NCBI RefSeq assembly: GCF_009914755.1
Contig: NC_060927.1
Length of the DNA: 64,000 bases
Source of the DNA: the human T2T-CHM13v2.0 reference genome, Homo sapiens
Direction: 5' to 3' (one strand)
Shown: positions 57,607 through 64,000 of the stretch, piece by piece
Layout of the letters: every line of letters starts with the position of its first letter
How positions within the stretch are numbered: the first letter of the stretch is position 1
Position numbers and translations under genes: made by a program
The notes under the pieces: generated by a model
What the model saw: the letters and a program-made list of their open reading frames with translations, nothing else
What the model was told of the DNA's origin: nothing
The model's database searches: none

Positions 57607-60600
57607 GCAGCCATTGCAACAAGTGTGTGTGAGGTGATATGGTTTTAGTTTGCATTTATCTGATAATTAGTGATTTGAGCATTTTTATGTACCTACTGTA
57701 TATTTGTTTGTCTTCTCTTGAGAAATATATATTCAGATGCTTTTCCCATTTTGTAATAAAGTTATTTATTATATTGTCATTGATTGTGTGTTTCTCATAT
57801 ATTTTAGGTATCAACCCCTTATCACAGGTATGGTTTACAAATATTTTCTCCAATTCTGTAGATTATCTCTTCTCTCTATTTTTTTCCTTTGTAGAAGCTT
57901 TTTAGCTTTATATAAACTCATTTGTCTATTTTTGCATTCTTGCCTTCACTTTTGGGTGCATTTCCAAAAAATTACTGCTCAGACCAAAGTCATGGAGCTT
58001 TTTCCCATTTTCTTGTTAGTTTTACAGCTTCAGGCCTTGCATTTATGTCTTTAATCCATTTGGGATTGATTTTTGTAAACAGTGTGAGATAAACATCCAA
58101 TTTCATTCTTCAGTAAGTGAATATTCAGGGTTTCAGCATCATTTATTGAAGAGGGTGTCCTTTTCCCATTGTGTGTTCTTGGCAACTTTGTCAAAAGTCA
58201 ATTGAATGTAAATGTGTGAGTTTATTCTGGGTTCTCTGTTCTGCTCCATTGGTCTATGAGTCTGTTTTTATGGTAGTATCATGCTATTTTGATTACTATA
58301 GCTTTGTAGTATATTTTGAATTTAGGTAGTATAATGTCTCTAGTTTCAGTCTTTTTGCTCAAGATTTCTTTGGCTATTCAAAGAATATGGATTGTTCTAT
58401 GTATATTTTGGAATTCTTTTTCTATTTCTATGAAAGTGTCATTGGAATTTGGATAGGGTTTGCATTGATTCTGTAGATAACTTTACATAGTATGAACATT
58501 TTAAGAATAGTAATTCTTCCAGTCTATGAACACAGGATATCTTTCCATTTATTTGTATCTTCTTCATTTTTTTTCATCTGTATTTTCAGTGTACAGGTAT
58601 TTCACTTCCTTGGGTGAATTTATTCCAGAGCCTTTCATTGATTTATTTAGCCGTTGTAAATAAGATTTTTAAATATCTTTTTCATATAGTTTATATTTAG
58701 TGTATATAAATGTTACTGATCATTATATGATTTTGTACCCTGAAAATTGACTGTATTTTGTTTATTATTGTAGTAGTTTTTGTTTAGTCTTTAGGGTTTT
58801 CAGTATGGAAGATTATGTCACCTGCAAAGAGGGACAGTTTAATTCTTCCCTTCTGATTTGGATGACTTTTATTTACTTCCCTTGTGTAATTGCTCTGTCT
58901 AGAATTTCCAGTACCATGTTAAATAGAAATGTCAAGGATAGACATCCTTGTCTTGTTCCTAATCATGAAAAAAAAAAGATTTCACGTTTTCATTATTTAA
59001 TATGTTAGCTGTAGGTTTGGCATATATGGCCTCTATTGTGTTTAGTTACATTTCCTCTATATCTAATTAGTTGAGAGGTTTTATCATAAAGGTATGTTGA
59101 ACTTTGTCAAATGCTTTTTTTCTGTGTTGAGATGATCACATGGTTTTTGTTCTTCATCTGTTAATGTGGTGTATCACATTTATAGATTTCATATGTTAAA
59201 CCATCCTGGCACTGCTGTGATAAATTCCACTTGATCAAGGTGAGTGTTCCTTTTGATGTAATGTTAAATTCAGTTTGATACTATTTTGTTGTGAATAATT
59301 GTATCTATGTTCATAAGGGGTATTGGCCTGTAATTCTTTTTCTTGTAGTGTCCTTGTCTGGTATCAGGATCATGCTGGCCTTGTAAAATGAGTTTGAAAG
59401 TATTCCCTTATCTTCTTTTTTTTGGGAAGAGTTTGAGGATTATTAGTTTTCATTATTCTTAAATGTTTGGAAGAATTTAGCAGTGAAGGCATCAGGTCCT
59501 GGGCTTTTCTCTGATGGAAAGCTTTTTATCAGAGATTCAATCTTCTGACCTATTACTGGTCTGCTCAGATTTTCTATTTCTTCCTGATTTCAGTCTGTAA
59601 GTTACATGCATCTAGGAATTTATCTATTTCTTTAGGGTACCAAATTTTTTGGCATATAATTTTGATCTCTAATGATTCTGTTTGCATACAATTTTGATCT
59701 CTGATGATTCTTTGTATTTCTGTAATGTCAGTTATAATGTCTCCTCTTCACTTCTGAAGAGTCTTCTCTCTTTTTTCTTAATCTAGCTAAAAGTTTATTA
59801 CTTTTGTTTATCTTTTCTAGAAAACAACATGTTGTTGATCTTTTCTATTATTTCTTTAGTCCCTATTTTATTTATTTCTGCTCTGATCTTTATTATTTCC
59901 TTTCTGCTGCTAACATTGGGCTTTGTTTGTTCCTATTTTTTAGTTATGAAGTGTATAATGTTAGAATGTTTATTTAGGATCTTCCTTTTTTATAATGTAG
60001 ATATTTATTGCTATAAACTTTGCTCTCAGAACTGCTTTTGCATCCCTTTAGTTTTTGTATATTTTTTTCCATTTGCATTTGTCTCAAAATATTCTTTAAA
60101 TTTTCTTTTTAACTTCTTCATTGACCCATTGATTGTTCAGGAACACAGTTATTTAATTTCCATGTATTTGTTTATTTTCTAAAATTTGTCCTGTTATTCA
60201 TTTCTAGTTTCATACCATTGTGGTTGATTAAACAGAGACTTGATATGATTTCAATTTTTTTAAGTTTGTTAAGACTTGTTTTGTGGCCTAACATACGTTC
60301 TATCCTGGATCTTGAACCACTACAGACATTTCAATAGTTGAGGAAAAAGTACACAGAAGAAATCTAATACACAAAGGTAAACCTTAATACAGAAAATAAA
60401 CTCACTGTTTGGGAAGCGTTATTACAATTAAACATCAGGCTGTTCTGACAGTTCACATTTTATAAGACATTGAGTGGTTTGATGAAAACCTAGGGATTCT
60501 GATTCCTAATTAAATGCTTTTTTGGTTCTAACATTCTATGTCTATTTTAAGGTTATAGATAATTTAAATAAGTTGCCTCTTAGATTTGTCACTCCTAACA

Positions 60601-63118
60601 CCAAAAAGATGTCTCCAAACCTTAAAAAAAAGATAAATAATAGTTGGGAAGGATTAATGTAACCAGTAGAATGCATCATCAGTTTTCATTAACCTCAATA
60701 ACATAATACAGCAAGATTTCTTAATGTTATAATCATTAATTTTTTTCTTCCCATAAACTGGTCCTTTATTTTATTTTCATGAACTTTTTGTTCAATGACT
60801 CACAAATGATTATTAATTTTATGTTAGGAGGGTATTACTTTATTTCTTGATTACATTACTTAATTACATGACTTTGAGTCAAGATATATATTTGCCTCAA
60901 CAAGCTTTATAATGCTTATTAAATCTTTCTTTAAACTTTTTCCCTAACTAAAGAGAATACAAATTCTCTTTGCCCTCCTTTTCTTTCTGATTAGATTTTA
61001 TCCCCTCTATTTAAAATAATGTAACTAGGCAGCAATATAATATTGTGTTGGAGTTTTGGTTTCTTTGAAACTGAGTTAATATTTGATTTCCCTTGAGATT
61101 CTGCAGTTATATTTCAAAGGCAGTTAGGCATAATTGTATATTTTGAACAAGAAAAAAAGGCAAACTTTTTAAAATTTTCTAAAACTTGATCAAGTCTTAC
61201 CTTCTACAATTTTTAAATGGGAATTTACTTAAAAACCAAAACAAGAATGAACTATTTTAGTCTGAAATATATTATTTAATAAATAATTTATAAGTTGATA
61301 TTTGAAGTGCTTAAATAAATTTTGAATTTAGAAGCCTATCAGCATTTATAAAGTTATGATTTTCATCTTTTTTATATCTGCTCTGTAAAGTTGTATTTTA
61401 AGACCTGTGAGTTCTACTGTTTACACAGATAAAGGAGCAGTGGAAAGAAAGATGTGGACCTACAGGGCTGATTTCATAAATTCATTATATTTCTCAGGCA
61501 CTTCCCATACAATAGTCATCTATTATTTGATGTAATAATCATCATTTTTAAATGTGAAATCTTTAAATAAGTTAATTTACCTTGCTAGGGATTGCTTTGG
61601 AGAATCAAATTAGAATTTATTCTGCTTTAACCATCAAAGGCTAAGTATGTTAATTAAGGCTAGAGGAGGCAAAGAAAAATTCAAAGTGAGAGGCTGAATG
61701 GGGCTGGGGGCTGTTTAGCCAAGTGCTAAATGTTGTGTTGCAGAACTGGTTGAGATTAGAGAGGAATCATGGAAAGGAACAGAAAACTAGAAATGAGAGA
61801 AAAATTTAGAAAGTGATGGGAAAAAGATAATAGGAATATATGTTAGCTTAGGATCTTGAAGACAATCAATGTGGCAATGACTGGCCTATACAGACCTAAT
61901 ATTGGTTGGAAGTAGAGCATGCTGTGAAATGGACCTGCCTTTTTGGTTAAAAGGAGAAAAAACAAATAAAATAGCATTGCATGTTGACTGCTTTCATAAT
62001 CTTTCACTCTACTGTTTTAATTGAATATTCCAAATGCTTCCATGAAGGTATTTTTAATCTTAGTTTTAACTATCATCAGTATAAAACTTTTAAAAAAACT
62101 TTTAATAATGAATCATTTATAAAGAATGTATCCAAGGGGATTTATTCTATTCATATTTTGCCCTACTACACACCCTCATCCCACATGGCCCAGCTAAGCT
62201 TCTTGTGCCAACTTTAAGATATCAAATTTGAACTCATTTCCCAAGTCTGGGCTAAGCTCCACATTTCCCCTACCAAATCCCTACTTTCCTGGTGCTTGGA
62301 GGAGAGTGGCAAAGAAGACATCTGCTTCTCCCTGCCCCCTACTTCTTAACCCATAACATCCTCAATAGCATCAGAATGAAATTAGCTTTGTCATGCTTTT
62401 TATTCATTCACAGATTGCATTAGGAAGAGTTCTTGCAATATTTGGAGAATAAAAAAAATTGATTTCCCTAAATATTAAAAGGTGAACCACAAATCTATTG
62501 ACCTTTTATAATTTTGAGTTTTCTAGCAAAGAGTGTTGATTTTAGATTTAGTTCCACCTCTCACAGAATAGTGTATTTTAAGACAGCATTAATTTTGGGT
62601 TTTTTTTTTTTTTTTTTTTTTTTTTGCTTTCACAGGCTTTCAAGCTTTCATTTTAAAAATACAAAGTGCATCACCCCAGTCCTGACGTGAGAGAGCAAAA
62701 CTAACATTGTTGCTAAAAATCAATGCTAAACCTGCCAAGTATAATTTTTTTGGTGTTTTAGTATTGAGGCATTTTTTCTTACATGTCTCATGAGTATATC
62801 TTTGTTTCAACCTAAATGCCATAAAATATTTTTCTTGTTAAAAATATTGTAAAGAGATTTCTGTGACTGTAAATAGCACCATGGTTTTTTTGACCTCTAA
62901 ATAAAAATGTTAAGAAATGTAACTATTTATTTGAAATGGCAAATTTATTTTTTTCTCATAATATAGAAAGTCAAATTTAACCTGTCTTATTTTTAACGCA
63001 ATTGCTCGTTGTTCTTAATGCACCTTGATAACTCTTGGTTTAGGAAATAGGCAAATTTACATTTGTTTTCATTGCTGTTGTAATAAAACATTTATTTCAA
63101 AGTGGTAAATTATACCCA

Positions 63119-63131
63119 CACACATACACAA

Positions 63132-63171
<40 letters not shown>
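63119..63171. repeat. (CA)n microsatellite
   Basis: About 19 perfect CA units after an imperfect start. Confidence 0.95.
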
Positions 63172-63173
<2 letters not shown>

Positions 63174-63849
63174 AGAAAAAATATGTATCAAGTAGTGGCC
63201 TGCCATTTTGGAAATGTAGCTTCCAAGTCTGAGTTAATGGAGTAGCATAATGTGAATCTACTCTTAACTAGGGAAATCTCTTTGATTCCTAGAATTATTG
63301 TTATCCTTTTGATTTACCTTGGTTTAAGGTGTAACACAGTTTTAAGTAAGTATTTTTCTCTGTTATGGTATGTTTTCCACATTTCTATGGGTCTGAATGA
63401 GAAGAAAAGTAAAAATACTCTATGTTTAAATCAGTAGTACAGAAAAAAATATAAAAAATTGATTCATACTTTGGAAATAACTAATTTACATTTGAATGCT
63501 ATGAAAGCATTCATAATTTCTTCACATATGCTTACAAAACCTTCATTCGTCACCTGTTATTTCTCTTCTGAGAGCCAGTAAATTCTCGGGAAGTTATATC
63601 AGAATATTGAAGTTCTAGGAGTCTTTTTTGTGAATTTCTGATGAGGATATTTTTAAAATGATGATTTGAGGAGCTTCTCTGTTAAACACACATACGTGTT
63701 TTAGAATAAAGCATGACATTGTGAAAGAGAAAAAGACAAGAAAAGGTTAAAGCAAGGTGATAGAAATGGGTAAACGCGGTCTGGAAGCCGGTGGAAACAA
63801 TCACCAGTGAATTGTCTTGTCATTGGCACTGCTCAAGTCCTGGTCATAC

Positions 63850-64000
63850 ATCACTTCACTTAGTCTTCCTAAAAATCCTATGAGGTAATTATCCTTTTAT
63901 TCTTATTATCCACTCTTTCTAAATAAGGAAACTGAGGCACAGAGATAACTAGCCCGTGTTCTCAGAGTTAGTAATTACAGAGATTGGATTGAACATACCA
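63850..64000 (-). mobile_element. MIR
   Basis: AATCCTATGAGGTA...AAGGAAACTGAGGCACAGAGA. Confidence 0.8.

Larger units (their letters stand above)
54172..60309 (-). mobile_element. 5'-truncated L1MA6/7, interrupted by THE1
   Basis: Reverse L1MA 3'UTR (GTGGTGAGAACACTTAAAATCTAC) and decayed ORF2 at 57607-60309. Confidence 0.9.

Noticed and set aside
59652-59712. About 32-bp tandem duplication within L1MA
   Set aside because: Ordinary slippage duplication with no sign of function.

Overview
This is AT-rich primate (very probably human) non-coding genomic DNA, either intergenic or deep intronic. I found no supportable host protein-coding exon, RNA gene or CpG island. The long ORFs come from an L1 ORF2 fragment, MaLR internal sequence, a Tigger2 transposase remnant, or low-complexity sequence. 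The window is mainly transposon fossils: three full-length THE1 (MaLR) proviruses on the + strand, several solo LTRs, a 5'-truncated L1PA2 whose ORF2 C-terminus is still open, old L1M, L2 and MIR fragments, Tigger and hAT DNA transposons, and about 13 Alus. The two most unusual structures are composite retro-insertions. One is an Alu-head/L1PA3-tail chimera inside a single 14-bp target-site duplication (TSD), with an Alu ATG in frame with the ORF2 C-terminus (35072-35572). The other is an L1MB8-type 3' end sitting inside the linker of a younger AluJ (38493-39426). I see no evidence of a new gene-level biological system. Repeat subfamily names come from recalled consensus motifs, not from a database search.
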